30,260 bases of DNA from an uncultured Ruminococcus sp. (GCA_964416955.1 CAYQFW010000001.1:1-30260); one strand, 5' to 3'. Shown: positions 11,301-21,540, numbered from the stretch's first letter. Numbers and translations: made by a program. The notes: generated from the sequence alone by a model not told the origin.

Positions 11301-13705
11301 AAGGTTACATCGTGGTCATTAAAACACAAGCCTTTCGCTGTGAGCTTTATATTTTCAAATACAGTATCACCGCTTAAAACAGTATTATCCGCCATCACAA
11401 CACTCGCTTGCATTTGGTCAGATTCGGATTTTACAGTTATTTCAAAGCTGTGTGAGGAAACTGCACCCCAATTAACCTGCGCATCACCTTTAACAATAAC
11501 AATCACAGTATCACCCTTTGTAATACCGTTGTTATTTGCCTCTTTTACAGCATCAGCTATTGTAAGAAAAGGCTTGGCTTCAGTGCCGGGATTATCTGAT
11601 TTACCGTCTGCCGACACATAATATTCCTTTGTTTCGGCTGTTTTTTGTGCGGTAATGGTAAATGCTCCGCCGCCTGTTGCAGGAAGCTCGATATATTTTT
11701 CACTACCCATAGTCTGCAAGGGATATTCTGTACCTTGGCCGTCTTTAACTGTAACTGTAAATCTGTTGGTATCGACAAGAAGCTTATATTTACCAGCCAC
11801 ATCGGGAACAAACTCAATCAATTCCTTAAGTCCGATTGCATCTGTTATTTTATAAATACCCTTAGTGGGAGCGTTGGTAGTAAATATACTTTCATTTGTT
11901 ATAACAAGACCCTCTTCGCAAAGCATCTGCAAAGCGCCGTTTATAGCAAAGTTTCCGTCAAATTTATGGAATTTGGTAGTAGTAATATCGCCAAAATCAA
12001 TATTTACATTTTTGTAGGTTGTTGTACCGCTATTTGCACTTGGCGAAATTACGGCATTAGGACTGTTGATTTTTGTGGTAAGGTCACCGCTAAATGTAAC
12101 TGCACCTTTCTCATTGGTTAAATAGATATAAGTAGTACCGGTTGTTAGAGTGCCATCAATTATAACCTTTTGTGCTCCGTATTCGGCATTACCGCTTTCT
12201 CTACCGTAAATTACATAATCCGTATTAAGTGCGGCATCTGCTTTAAAAGTAATATCGTTTCCGCCGAAGTACACCTTTCTGGCAGGCCAAGCTCCGCCTG
12301 CATTAACCGTAATATTAGCAAATTCGGTATCACCGCCCAAACAAGCCTTATCAGGCAAATTGGTTGTAGCCGCAGGTGAACCCAAAGCAGTTTGCACCTT
12401 CAAAGCGAAGGTATAACTTATGGGGAATGTACCCCAGTCAACTGTATCTCCGCCCTCTACTGCTTCATCATCAATTATTGTAACAGTAACCTTATCGCCC
12501 GCAATATAGCCATTGTCAACTGCATAGGTTACTGCTTTACCAATAGTACCAAAGGGAGCATCTTGAGTTCCTTCGCCACCTGTAGCACCTGCTTTTACAA
12601 AAAGCTCTTTTGTTGCGGGCGCTTTTGTAGCTTTAATAGTATAAGTGCCTGCACTATCAAGTTCTATGTAAGTAGAACCGCCTTCTTTAACTATAGCCCC
12701 ATCTACTTTATCGCCATTTTGTTCTACTGTGAAATTATAAACTTCGGTGTCTGCAATAATTTTATATTTGCCTGCAGTACCTGGTACAAATTCGATAAAA
12801 TTAGCCAAACCTGTATCGTTAACAATTTTATAAATTCCACCTGCAGGCGCGTAGGTTGTGAGTAAACTTTCATTTGTTATAGAAAGCCCCTCTTTGTACA
12901 ATATTTGCAACGCGCCATCTATTGTCCATCCTCCCGCATTGCCAAAATCTTGCAGCTTAACCGAACCTACACCTGTTAAATCAAAATTTACATTGCCTTC
13001 ATACTTTGTTGTGCCGTAATTCGAACCGAGTGTAACCACACCGTTAGAACTGTTAAGTTTTAAGAAAACGTCCTCATTTCTTACTACATTACCATTTACT
13101 TCATTAGTTAAATAAATATATGTAGTGCCCTTTAATGCACCTTTAAGTTGAACCTTTTGTGCAGAAAAATTGACATTTCCACTTTCTTTGCCGTATGTTA
13201 CATAGTCGGAACTAAGGGTTGTATCCGCTCCGAACACAATATTATGTCCACCGAAATAAACCTTTCTGGCAGGCCAACTGCCACCCGCATTAACATTAAC
13301 ATTAGCAAACTCTATATCACTTGCAAAACAGGCCTTGTCTGGCAGACTAATATTAGCCGCAGTTGCACCTGAAGCAGTTTGCACCTTCAAATTGAAAGCG
13401 TAAGATTCAGGGAATGTTCCCCAATCAATTGTATCTGCACCGTCGTTTCCATCATCAAGAATTGTTACCGCAACAGTATCACCTGTGGTATAACTATCAC
13501 TGACAGCCTTTGTTACGGCCGCACCGATATTGCCAAACGGTGCATCTTCAGTTCCTGTACCACTTGAACCCATTTTAACAAAATATTCTTTTGTTATTCC
13601 GCTTGTTCCGGAATTAGCCTGAACACCCACTGCAATAACACAGGAGGTGAAAACAATCATTACTGTCAATAAAATGCTCAGCAACTTATAAATTTTACTT
13701 TTCAT
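8381..13705 (-). CDS. Large membrane-anchored surface protein: four tandem ~320-aa predicted beta-helix modules, a possible carbohydrate-binding domain, two carboxypeptidase-regulatory-like beta-sandwiches and a C-terminal TM anchor
   Basis: Signal peptide MKSKIYKLLSILL...; four repeats opening with KEYFV/KELFV/KEYYV/KDYYV...GT...P..TI..A; G.V.G.L...G.PV and T.ENGEF.F.NLPVGTY motifs; TM helix plus KKKK tail; start moved to ATG 13705 (RBS gaggtg). Confidence 0.8.
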   Translation of the reverse strand: MKSKIYKLLSILLTVMIVFTSCVIAVGVQANSGTSGITKEYFVKMGSSGTGTEDAPFGNIGAAVTKAVSDSYTTGDTVAVTILDDGNDGADTIDWGTFPESYAFNLKVQTASGATAANISLPDKACFASDIEFANVNVNAGGSWPARKVYFGGHNIVFGADTTLSSDYVTYGKESGNVNFSAQKVQLKGALKGTTYIYLTNEVNGNVVRNEDVFLKLNSSNGVVTLGSNYGTTKYEGNVNFDLTGVGSVKLQDFGNAGGWTIDGALQILYKEGLSITNESLLTTYAPAGGIYKIVNDTGLANFIEFVPGTAGKYKIIADTEVYNFTVEQNGDKVDGAIVKEGGSTYIELDSAGTYTIKATKAPATKELFVKAGATGGEGTQDAPFGTIGKAVTYAVDNGYIAGDKVTVTIIDDEAVEGGDTVDWGTFPISYTFALKVQTALGSPAATTNLPDKACLGGDTEFANITVNAGGAWPARKVYFGGNDITFKADAALNTDYVIYGRESGNAEYGAQKVIIDGTLTTGTTYIYLTNEKGAVTFSGDLTTKINSPNAVISPSANSGTTTYKNVNIDFGDITTTKFHKFDGNFAINGALQMLCEEGLVITNESIFTTNAPTKGIYKITDAIGLKELIEFVPDVAGKYKLLVDTNRFTVTVKDGQGTEYPLQTMGSEKYIELPATGGGAFTITAQKTAETKEYYVSADGKSDNPGTEAKPFLTIADAVKEANNNGITKGDTVIVIVKGDAQVNWGAVSSHSFEITVKSESDQMQASVVMADNTVLSGDTVFENIKLTAKGLCFNDHDVTFDVGTEYSVEYPAFGTSRTPSTVNGQTVIYRGEVYAPYTKITNDSTGEKIYTDDVNIIVDNQETQLGLYLKSNHGATKYEENANLNIDIKKAKAVRFIDAGGSIEHKGAIQIMYKQGLQLNGKDLISAANPEKGVYWIVNNSGYDDLLGFTETVGKYKVNSEYDVIAVSKSDSSEVKAKNGYLTFDKPGEYVVRVDRPVIAKDYYVSADGISVVAGTRPKTAGTKANPVKTIADATRLIAQDPLGSLDTANIMVATDQEVEWGEDAVNCAPALVIKSAEQPKTATVVSSKGIVFAGNTRLESVILVQKNMNAGVGFGHYNVVIDSNSTISTNYINIGGVTSPGTVTEPQNIEVYGLISAMEFKLATGYGNTTYDNKINIIVDNAETSLNVKLGARSGTTTTYNGDIYINVKNAKAISFDKLIADATVNVGGTIQLIVNKDVSVTQAVKTNFNKIEAGGGKWYITNYSSTPDLISFGDEVGTFNIKDNKKAYVRQYDVKKMDTFEGGKVILSSGEYVISDEEIPYLSSDLHKMLYFRNSGHLQNLYVRVPVTPGETYRMEYSVWSSRYEDLNPVVMQNGDYRWALGTVEIISEEKVNNYYKVVCEITVPEEYSYPTAFFGIEMFPFDEGYLFDVSVYNKNDKKKTNIMPNNNLHSGLDYWAVGYEFWGAIFTGDNGGTGRLEFNGNTKLKVVNFSIDTIQELIDACSPNDGKWWTDDQVKEDEIYTAYAGEVKGTLKDTNGNPVANHKVQLISSLQTYTAITDSKGNFTFKDKIVIGYYELYVITERGKNIQTGYATFIEEADKVTFNLVISYGDSQSQQDSNSDGVSDVKDGITVEGGERVEEIVPSGNLFGTVYTPYLETVSGVRIYIEGINGQVTTNENGEFGFGNLPVGTYRLYTVLSDGSEYTFREVEIFENSDTNVKLKYDPPKTINADGANDGWVIWVIVASVVALIVIAGLILVLIFKKKKDNVTN

Positions 13706-13733
13706 AAACTCACCTCTTAATAATGCAAAGTTT

Positions 13734-15536
13734 TTACTCATACCAATAAACCTTTGCCGTAGGGTCAACTAAAAGAATAGCCTCTTTTGTAGATTTAGCA
13801 TCGGTGCCATAGTAACTTTTCACAACACCGTCCACATATTTTGACCAACCGTAGACCATACGGACGTCATCTTTACGGAAGGAGTTTTTTACATAATAAG
13901 TGTTGCCCGAAAACTCCATTGCATCGCGTTGCTCCTGAGTCTCAACAGTAAAGTTGAATATCTGACGGCCTGGGCAGTCTATAATATTGTTTTTAAAGGT
14001 AACACCTTCAAGATAATTTTCACCTGTATTGCCATACCAAACGCCCTCGATACCGCGAATACCGCCATCGTCTGCACGGGTACCCCAACCAAGAGAAGTA
14101 AATCTCATAATATTATTTTCCATCTTGAAGTTTACAAATCTTGACCAAGTGACTTCTCCGTCGTCACCGGTGTGAGCGTGTGACCACCATTCAATATCCG
14201 CATTATTAAATTCAAGAAGATTATCGGTGTATTCCAAATTATCATAAAGATAATATTTACCCGAATTACCTTGAGGAGAAATTGCGCTATCAAAGGTCTG
14301 ATAAATCCAGTTGTGTCTTACATACATTTCTGCACCACCCGACCAGGTACCTATACCGTTACCTGCGCGCAAGCGTGTCGGGTCAGAACCGCCGCCACCT
14401 GTAAAACCGATTTCACAGTTAGTAACAGTTATACCAGTATTCATAAAGTTAGTACCAATACCACAAGTCGTGTATCTTATGGCAATATTATCGACTGTTA
14501 TATTATCAACACCGATGGGGACCCAGATATCAGTTTGGTTTTGAGTGAATTCTATCGATTCATAAACATCTGCAGGGTTGCCCTTATCACAATAGAGATA
14601 AAGCTTGGCGTATTCTTCGTCAAAATAAAAATATGTATTATTTGTGAGGTCGCGCAAACCCATCTTTAAATATCCAATTTCTTCACCCTGATTGAAAAAG
14701 GCTCCGACAGGCATATTATACTGATACTCGGTAACCCATACATTCCGTTTTTGAGCGGGTTTCCAATTCACAGTTGCATAGTTCTTAGGAGAACCTACAA
14801 TAAGCGGCTTTTCACCCTCGCCGTAAGAACCGTACAAAACGCCTTCTTTTAGATAAAATCTTTCGTAAATACGGTAAAGAGAGTCTCTTTCAAATAAAAC
14901 AGCATCACCTTTTTTTAGTTGAAGACTTCCCAAAGCATCTATTGTCTTTATTGCAGTTTCAGGGGAAAGACCGTCGTTATCGTTATTTCCGCCAGGTGAA
15001 ATATAGAAAATGTCACCCTCAATCTTATAGACTTTTTCACCGTTTTCGTCAACCAAGTCCAAAGTGTTAGGAGTATTTAAAATTTCTTCACGCAAAGCGT
15101 CTGCTTCCTTATCGGCATAGCCCTTATAACCGTAAGCCAAGTTAGCGGGATATCTTTCGCGCTTAACCTCAAGAGCATCTGTCCTTATATTACCTTCTTC
15201 AATACCGGCATCTACAGCAACACTTGCGTTACTCTCACTAAAAAAGCTTGATGTCATTGCCACTTCCGATTTATTTTCCGAAGAATCGGTTTCAGTCTTA
15301 GAGGCTGCACTGCTGTCACTCACAGAAGCAGAATCAGAAGAGGTCTGTGATGCTTCACTTGACGACGAAGAACCGCTCTGTGACTGTTCACTTGACGAAC
15401 CCGAAATCACAGAAGAATTTTCATCTTTCGGCGAGCAACCCGAAAAGGCCAATAAAACAACCACCAGCATTATTGCAATCACACGATATTTTAAAGTATG
15501 GGTGTTCGATTTCCGGAAAAAGTTTGCTTTTAACAT
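13734..15536 (-). CDS. Lipoprotein with Ser-rich linker and right-handed beta-helix (pectin-lyase-like fold) domain
   Basis: Lipobox LAFSGC, Ser-rich stretch, FYISPGGNNDNDGLSPETAIKT and LKKGDAVLFER cap motifs, Asn-rich beta-helix coils; RBS aaggag. Confidence 0.8.
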   Translation of the reverse strand: MLKANFFRKSNTHTLKYRVIAIMLVVVLLAFSGCSPKDENSSVISGSSSEQSQSGSSSSSEASQTSSDSASVSDSSAASKTETDSSENKSEVAMTSSFFSESNASVAVDAGIEEGNIRTDALEVKRERYPANLAYGYKGYADKEADALREEILNTPNTLDLVDENGEKVYKIEGDIFYISPGGNNDNDGLSPETAIKTIDALGSLQLKKGDAVLFERDSLYRIYERFYLKEGVLYGSYGEGEKPLIVGSPKNYATVNWKPAQKRNVWVTEYQYNMPVGAFFNQGEEIGYLKMGLRDLTNNTYFYFDEEYAKLYLYCDKGNPADVYESIEFTQNQTDIWVPIGVDNITVDNIAIRYTTCGIGTNFMNTGITVTNCEIGFTGGGGSDPTRLRAGNGIGTWSGGAEMYVRHNWIYQTFDSAISPQGNSGKYYLYDNLEYTDNLLEFNNADIEWWSHAHTGDDGEVTWSRFVNFKMENNIMRFTSLGWGTRADDGGIRGIEGVWYGNTGENYLEGVTFKNNIIDCPGRQIFNFTVETQEQRDAMEFSGNTYYVKNSFRKDDVRMVYGWSKYVDGVVKSYYGTDAKSTKEAILLVDPTAKVYWYE

Positions 15537-15760
15537 TTTCTAACTCCTTTAATATTGTTAAGTTATATGTAAAGTATAATTGTATATACTTTTTTACATC
15601 GTAATTATACCACGACACTTTTCCAAGTGTAAACCTACTTTTCTTAATAACAGGTGTAACTTTCCTAGATGTTATTTGCAACCTTCCCATTCACTTGTAT
15701 TTTTTGCCATCACACCTGTAACATTTTACACTTTATGGTAAATATTTACTTTAAAAAAGA

Positions 15761-15790
15761 AATGACACTTCCCGATTTGGAAAGTGTCAT
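15761..15790 (-). terminator. Intrinsic terminator after the DUF1846 gene
   Basis: atgacactt.cc/gg.aagtgtcat stem with an A-run on its left, giving a U-tract on the minus strand. Confidence 0.65.
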
Positions 15791-15833
15791 AATATTTTCT
15801 TTAAACGATTTTTGAAGCAATTTAAAAATATCC

Positions 15834-17318
15834 TTAATTATGGTAAAGTTTTTTTGTTTGATATTTAGGCTCGAAAGTAATATTAACGCCCAGCTTTTTA
15901 AAGATGTTTTCATCCACGCGGGAGAGTATCACAGTTGAGTGAGCTTCAAGTCCTTTAAGATTGTGCGCCTGACTGAGCGCCTTTTTAGCAACATCGCTTG
16001 TAACCGCACAAATTGAAAGTGCCTCCAACACCTCGTCAATATGAAGACGGGGGTTGTGATTGCCAAGAATTTCAGTCTTAAGCTTTTGTATCGGTTCAAT
16101 AATAGTGGGTGCAATTAAATCAATATCATCGGGTATTCCTGCAAGCTCTTTAAGACAGTTAAGTATGAGCGCCGAAGACGCACCCAAAAGGCTTGAAGTT
16201 TTGCCTGTTATAATCTTACCATTTGCAAGTTGCAATGCCGCAGCAGGACCGTCAGTTTCTTCGGCTTTTTTAAGTGCCGCAGTAACTACCGCACGGTCTT
16301 TAACACTAACACCAACCTGCTTCATCAAAAGTTCAATTTTACTGACATCTGACACTTCGCCCATACCCTGTCTTACACTTACAAGGGTGTTATAATAACG
16401 GCGGATAATTTCCTGTTTTGCGGCGCCGCTCACAGCTTTGTCATCAAATATGGCAAAGCCTGCCATATTAACACCCATATCTGTAGGACTTTTGTAGGGC
16501 GATTTGCCCAGAATTGTTTCAAGAATTGAGTTGAGCACAGGAAAAATTTCAATATCTCGGTTATAATTAACCGTTGTTTCACCGTATGCTTCCAAATGGA
16601 ACGGGTCAATCATATTAACATCATTAAGGTCGGCAGTTGCGGCTTCATAAGCAACATTTACAGGATGTTTTAGCGGTATGCTCCAAATTGGGAATGTTTC
16701 AAACTTGGCATATCCAGCTTTAATACCACGCTTATTTTCGTGATAAAGTTGTGACAAGCAGGTCGCCATTTTTCCGCTGCCCGGACCGGGGGCAGTAACG
16801 ATTACAAGCTTACGGGAAGTTTTAATATAATCGTTCTTACCGAAGCCTTCTTCACTTGCAATAAGAGGAATATTAGACGGATAGTCTGCAATCGGATAAT
16901 GGCGGTAAACCTTAATTCCAAGGGAAGTTAAACGCTTTTCAAAATTCTGCGCCGAGGGCTGACCTGTATAACAGGTGATAACTACACTGCCGACATAAAG
17001 ACCTATCTGACGGAAAGCATCAATTAAACGAAGGGTTTCCAAGTCATAGGTTATTCCAAGGTCTCCGCGTTGCTTATTCTTTTCAATAGCGTCGGCATTG
17101 ATAACGATAACTACTTCTGATTCTTCCTTAAGTTCGAGAAGCATTTTAATCTTTGCATCAGGCTCAAACCCGGGAAGTACTCTTGCGGCGTGAAAATCAT
17201 CGAAAAGTTTTCCGCCGAACTCAAGATAGAGTTTGTCCCCGAACTGCGCAATTCTATCCCTGATTTTCTGGGACTGCAGGCTTATATATTTTTCGTTATC
17301 AAATCCTTTAATTTTCAT
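15834..17318 (-). CDS. DUF1846 / UPF0371 family protein
   Basis: [55 protein letters not shown] motifs. Confidence 0.93.
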   Translation of the reverse strand: MKIKGFDNEKYISLQSQKIRDRIAQFGDKLYLEFGGKLFDDFHAARVLPGFEPDAKIKMLLELKEESEVVIVINADAIEKNKQRGDLGITYDLETLRLIDAFRQIGLYVGSVVITCYTGQPSAQNFEKRLTSLGIKVYRHYPIADYPSNIPLIASEEGFGKNDYIKTSRKLVIVTAPGPGSGKMATCLSQLYHENKRGIKAGYAKFETFPIWSIPLKHPVNVAYEAATADLNDVNMIDPFHLEAYGETTVNYNRDIEIFPVLNSILETILGKSPYKSPTDMGVNMAGFAIFDDKAVSGAAKQEIIRRYYNTLVSVRQGMGEVSDVSKIELLMKQVGVSVKDRAVVTAALKKAEETDGPAAALQLANGKIITGKTSSLLGASSALILNCLKELAGIPDDIDLIAPTIIEPIQKLKTEILGNHNPRLHIDEVLEALSICAVTSDVAKKALSQAHNLKGLEAHSTVILSRVDENIFKKLGVNITFEPKYQTKKLYHN

Positions 17319-17386
17319 CGTTCCAACTCCCGTGACAAAATACCTAAATATTGTATCAAATTTTTAAGGTTTTAACAAGTGTATTT

Positions 17387-18382
17387 TTAATTTTTATAAA
17401 CTTCTGATATTTTTTTGGCACGCTCGGTAATCATATTTTTAAGAGATTGCGGTTTTATAACCTTTATACCGTCGCCAAAGTTCATTATAAAAGTAACCAG
17501 CGCTTCGCTGACTGCCGCTTCGTAAGAAAAGCAAAACTCGTTCTCTGTAACATTTGTTATAAAAATATTTTCTGAAAAACGGTCGGCAACCGTTTTTGCA
17601 ATCGAACGCTTACAACAAAGTTCTACCGTGCCGATTTCACCCGAAAACATACCGAAAAGTTTGTTTGTATAATCTGCAATATCAAAACAATCCGTGTATT
17701 CACTAACCTCGCTAAAATGCCTTGCTGTGTCCTTTGTAATTTCCGCCTTACTTATTCTGTCAAGACGCAAGTGCATTAAGTTGTCATATTTTTCGTAATT
17801 GCATACCAAATAATAATGGTCATCCTGCCAAGTAAGCGCATAAGGGCTTACAACACGCTCTTTCACTACGTCCACAAACTCTCTGCCGACAAGTTCGCGC
17901 GAAACATACTTAAAACTTACCTTTTTACTATTCCCAATTGCTTTGGAAATGGTATCAATATTATAAAAAATTTCCTCGTTCGCGCATTTCTGCAAAGGAC
18001 TCCAATAAATATCCTTTTCTCTTTTTTTAAGTTGCGACTGACTAAGCATGGAACCGAGTTTTTTCACAAGTTCACGTGTTTTCTTTGGGCTTATAAATTT
18101 GGCCGTGCGCACAGCGTCGCTTAAAAGATAAATTTCCGCCTCTTCAAACTCCCTTGAAGCCAGAAAAAAGCCTTTTGGCGAATAAGAACGGATTATATCA
18201 TATCCAAAGTTTGTGAGAGCCTCAATATCAGCATAAACCGACTTGCGCTCGGCTTCAATACCATGCGCCGACAAATGAGCGCAAATTTCGTTAGCGGTAA
18301 GGGGATTCTCCTCATCGCTGTATTTACGCAAAATATCAAGCACATAAAGTATTTTTACCTTTTGTCCCCAAGATTTAGGCAT
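17387..18382 (-). CDS. WYL-domain transcriptional regulator (wHTH + WYL + WCX)
   Basis: N-terminal HTH (ERKSVYADI..L), SPYAL.W....YYL and LRLDRI WYL motifs. Confidence 0.9.
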   Translation of the reverse strand: MPKSWGQKVKILYVLDILRKYSDEENPLTANEICAHLSAHGIEAERKSVYADIEALTNFGYDIIRSYSPKGFFLASREFEEAEIYLLSDAVRTAKFISPKKTRELVKKLGSMLSQSQLKKREKDIYWSPLQKCANEEIFYNIDTISKAIGNSKKVSFKYVSRELVGREFVDVVKERVVSPYALTWQDDHYYLVCNYEKYDNLMHLRLDRISKAEITKDTARHFSEVSEYTDCFDIADYTNKLFGMFSGEIGTVELCCKRSIAKTVADRFSENIFITNVTENEFCFSYEAAVSEALVTFIMNFGDGIKVIKPQSLKNMITERAKKISEVYKN

Positions 18383-18957
18383 TGCGCCACCGCCTTTTTA
18401 AAATCCTTTTTACTTAAAACCGTGTTAAGCACATCTAAAGTAGCATTCGCCGAAAGATTGTCTGGCAAATTTAAAAAATTTAACAATATTTTACGATTTT
18501 CGCAAGCGTTTTCCGTCCCCGAAAGACCGTTTACATACATATCTGTTTTGGTTATTTTTTCGCGTTTTTCAGCCGTTTCAAAAGCTGTTACCCCGCTCTT
18601 TTCAAGTGCTTCTGCAAGCACTTCTTTAGAAAGTCCCTCAACGCCCAAAAAGCCCTCTTTAGAAGCGGCGTTTTTTCGTTTTTCCTTGCCTTTCAGCTGC
18701 GGAACATAAACATTTATAATCTTTCCGTCTGACACAATGTTTTTTATATGATTTCTTATCATATTTCCTGCGCAGTCGCTGTCTGTCAGAACAATAACAC
18801 CCTCACGATGCGCAAACATCTTTATAAGCTCGCACTTTTGCTTATCCTTAAAAATGCCGAATCCATTTGTTGTAATAATAAGAGTATCAACAACATTTTC
18901 AAGGGTAATTTTATCGTATTTGCCCTCAACAATGACGGGCATATTAAGTTTAATCAA
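18355..18957 (-). CDS. rnmV: Ribonuclease M5-like Toprim + DUF4093 protein
   Basis: VIVEGKYD, LTDSD.AG..IR and LGVEG motifs; start placed at TTG 18957 (RBS aagggtg). Confidence 0.8.
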   Translation of the reverse strand: MIKLNMPVIVEGKYDKITLENVVDTLIITTNGFGIFKDKQKCELIKMFAHREGVIVLTDSDCAGNMIRNHIKNIVSDGKIINVYVPQLKGKEKRKNAASKEGFLGVEGLSKEVLAEALEKSGVTAFETAEKREKITKTDMYVNGLSGTENACENRKILLNFLNLPDNLSANATLDVLNTVLSKKDFKKAVAQCLNLGDKR

Positions 18958-19999
18958 GATTCTCACCCTTAAGCGCGATATATCCAAGTTTTACCGCCAA
19001 CTGTTCAAGAACTGTCCTTGCGTCTTTTGAAAAAGATTTAAGGCTTTTATCGGCCGAGCGCAAAGCGTCAAAACTCAATGCAAATTTATTAAAATCAAAC
19101 TTTTTAACATCGTTCATTGCATTTCTTATCACAAACTCGCGGTTTTTATAATCAAATTCCTTTGCGATTTCGGGAACAGTCATAGCCCGTTCTTTTCCGA
19201 CAAAAGTACGGTACATATCAACATAAAAACCTGATATTGTGCTTAAAATTATGATAGGTTCAACCTTAAGATAAAATAGTTCGTCCAATGTTTTAAGTGC
19301 CAAAGGCATATTACACTCAATTATCTGCTTTGAAAGGGTGTAAACACTTGCTTCAACCGTCTTTACACAAACCAAATCAACCGTTTGTTTTGTGATTTCT
19401 CCTTTACCGACATAAAAACAAAGTTTTTGAAGTTCGTGCTTTAAAGTATTGATATCTTCACCTGAAGTTTCAACCAAATATCTTGCCACCGCGCCGTCAA
19501 TTTTACATCCTCGCTTTGCGGCGCCGTTTGTTAACATTTTAATAAGGTCGGTAACAGTTCTGTGGTCAAGTTGTGCGGCAACACCGCTGTTTTTTTCAGC
19601 ACAAGTTATAAGCTTTGAAAGTTTTGTATTCTTTTTTGCCGAAATTTCCAAAACATCGTAAAGCAAAATAAAAATGCAACTGTCAGGAGTATCGGTTATA
19701 ATGGTGCAAAGTTTTTCAAAATCGGATTTTGCGCATTTTTCAAAATCATAATCACTTAAAATAACACATTTTTTATCACTCATAACAGGGAACTGCAAAA
19801 CCGAATCATATACTTCTTGCAAATCACATTCGCCCGAAAATTTTTGATAATTAAAAATGTCTTCTTCCTCTGCACACATATCGGTGATTTTTTTGGCATA
19901 CATCTTTTTTAAATAGCCATCATTACCGAACAAAATGTAGACATTGCGATTATTGTTCTTGATTTCGTTTTTGAGCGCTTGTTCAAAAATTACCGCCAT
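18950..19999 (-). CDS. holA: DNA polymerase III delta subunit
   Basis: 349 aa; YILFG.D.YL, FNY, ELQKL..Y motifs; conserved comEC-holA adjacency. Confidence 0.9.
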   Translation of the reverse strand: MAVIFEQALKNEIKNNNRNVYILFGNDGYLKKMYAKKITDMCAEEEDIFNYQKFSGECDLQEVYDSVLQFPVMSDKKCVILSDYDFEKCAKSDFEKLCTIITDTPDSCIFILLYDVLEISAKKNTKLSKLITCAEKNSGVAAQLDHRTVTDLIKMLTNGAAKRGCKIDGAVARYLVETSGEDINTLKHELQKLCFYVGKGEITKQTVDLVCVKTVEASVYTLSKQIIECNMPLALKTLDELFYLKVEPIIILSTISGFYVDMYRTFVGKERAMTVPEIAKEFDYKNREFVIRNAMNDVKKFDFNKFALSFDALRSADKSLKSFSKDARTVLEQLAVKLGYIALKGENLD

Positions 20000-21498
20000 T
20001 TTACTTTGTTACTCCTTTCTTTTAGTTTTTCTTCTCTTATTTCATTTAATTTTAACACATCTTTTCGCTTTTTACAAGCAAGTAAAACCCATAAAACAAC
20101 AATTATTACCGCCAAGAAAACAAACGCGATATATTTAGACATAACAGTTGTAGCAATACAAAGACTGCCAAAGTAATTTATAACCCAATTTATATAATTT
20201 ACAACAACTTCTCCCAAGCCGAAAAACAAATCTTCTTCAAAAGGGAAACATATTCCCAATATGCACAAAATCATTGCCACACTTGCAGGAGCACTGATAA
20301 GCAAATTTGTAACCACGGAAAGATTGGAAATATAACCAAAATTATAGATTGTGATAGGTGAAGTGAAAATTAGCGCGCTGATACTTATCATACAAGAAGT
20401 AACCATGGTTAAAAGCATTTTGTTTTTAACAATTTTTCTTTTGACAACATATTCCGAAACAGGAAGCGCCACTACAAGAATTGCAAAAGTGGATAAAACC
20501 GACAGTTGAAAACCCACGTTAAAAATTGCGAAAGGGTTGGAAACCAAAATAACAACCACCGCGCAGCCCAAAGTATTTTCGGGCGTGCTTTCACGGTTTA
20601 TAATAAGCGCCGCTGCCAAAAGCAAATATGTAATGCCCGCCCTTAATATCGACATTGTAAAACCGCAAACCGCCGTAACACCAACCGTGACCATGAAGAT
20701 TGTAAGCGCCTTTAAATAACGGTTGTGAAAAAACTTATTGCTTAAAAACAAAAACAGCGATACCACAACCGACAAGTGCATACCTGATACCACCATCACA
20801 TGCGCCACACCTGCATTTTTCACATTTTCATAAAATTCTTCTAAAAAATAAGTTTTATCCCCTGTAATAAGCGCTAACATTGTTGCGGCTTGCCTAAAAC
20901 TATAATGCTTGAAAATCTTTTCTTTTATATATTGCCTTGCAAGGTCAACGGCTGACAAAACCGCTTCCTTTTCACCCGTATCAACAATTTCCGATATATA
21001 GGCACTTAAATATACTTTATTGGAATAGTTATAATTCTTGAATTCATTATCTTTCAAAGAAGAAACCGACAAACTCGCTTTTATTCTGTCAGCGATTTCA
21101 AGTGTGCCGTCATAATAAACCACCGAAATCTTATCGCCTTTGTTAAGAACATCACTTGATACCGTTTCAAGAGTTGTGGTCGAATAGTCACCGTGATTTT
21201 CAGGTGTTTCCACAACAATAAATTCTCCGTTACAAGCCACCTTGTCATAATCTTTTGTGCTTTCAATTTTAACCGTTGTGAAAAAAGTGCTCACAGCGAC
21301 TGCCAAAACACAAATTGCCGCGAAGACCAATTCGCCTTTGGTATATTTGTAAACCATGACAAAAATCAAACACAAAATAACAATACAAATAATAAAAAGT
21401 GTCCTTCCGGCATACATACCAATTACCGAAATGACACTTGACATTACCGCGCCCAAAAGCATCGGTCTCTTTTTCAAAAAATCAAGCAAAACATTCAA
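19990..21498 (-). CDS. comEC: ComEC/Rec2 family competence protein (Competence domain, no metallo-beta-lactamase domain)
   Basis: G.AH..VVSGMHL, S.LRA and GFQLS motifs; multiple TM segments. Confidence 0.9.
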   Translation of the reverse strand: MNVLLDFLKKRPMLLGAVMSSVISVIGMYAGRTLFIICIVILCLIFVMVYKYTKGELVFAAICVLAVAVSTFFTTVKIESTKDYDKVACNGEFIVVETPENHGDYSTTTLETVSSDVLNKGDKISVVYYDGTLEIADRIKASLSVSSLKDNEFKNYNYSNKVYLSAYISEIVDTGEKEAVLSAVDLARQYIKEKIFKHYSFRQAATMLALITGDKTYFLEEFYENVKNAGVAHVMVVSGMHLSVVVSLFLFLSNKFFHNRYLKALTIFMVTVGVTAVCGFTMSILRAGITYLLLAAALIINRESTPENTLGCAVVVILVSNPFAIFNVGFQLSVLSTFAILVVALPVSEYVVKRKIVKNKMLLTMVTSCMISISALIFTSPITIYNFGYISNLSVVTNLLISAPASVAMILCILGICFPFEEDLFFGLGEVVVNYINWVINYFGSLCIATTVMSKYIAFVFLAVIIVVLWVLLACKKRKDVLKLNEIREEKLKERSNKVKWR

Positions 21499-21511
21499 AT
21501 CCTTTTTACCA

Positions 21512-21540
21512 TTTACAAATCGGTTTTTTTAATGTATAAT
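21512..21540 (+). promoter_or_regulatory. Sigma-A promoter for the DUF2975 gene
   Basis: TTTACA-17 nt-TATAAT. Confidence 0.6.

Noticed and set aside
9038..14669. Numerous plus-strand ORFs opposite the surface-protein genes
   Set aside because: Antisense shadows of long coding frames with no RBS or motifs; the same applies to shadow ORFs over glg, DUF1846 and comEC.
19990..21498. comEC as a pseudogene because it lacks the beta-lactamase domain
   Set aside because: The frame is intact and coupled to holA, and shorter ComEC forms without this domain are known.
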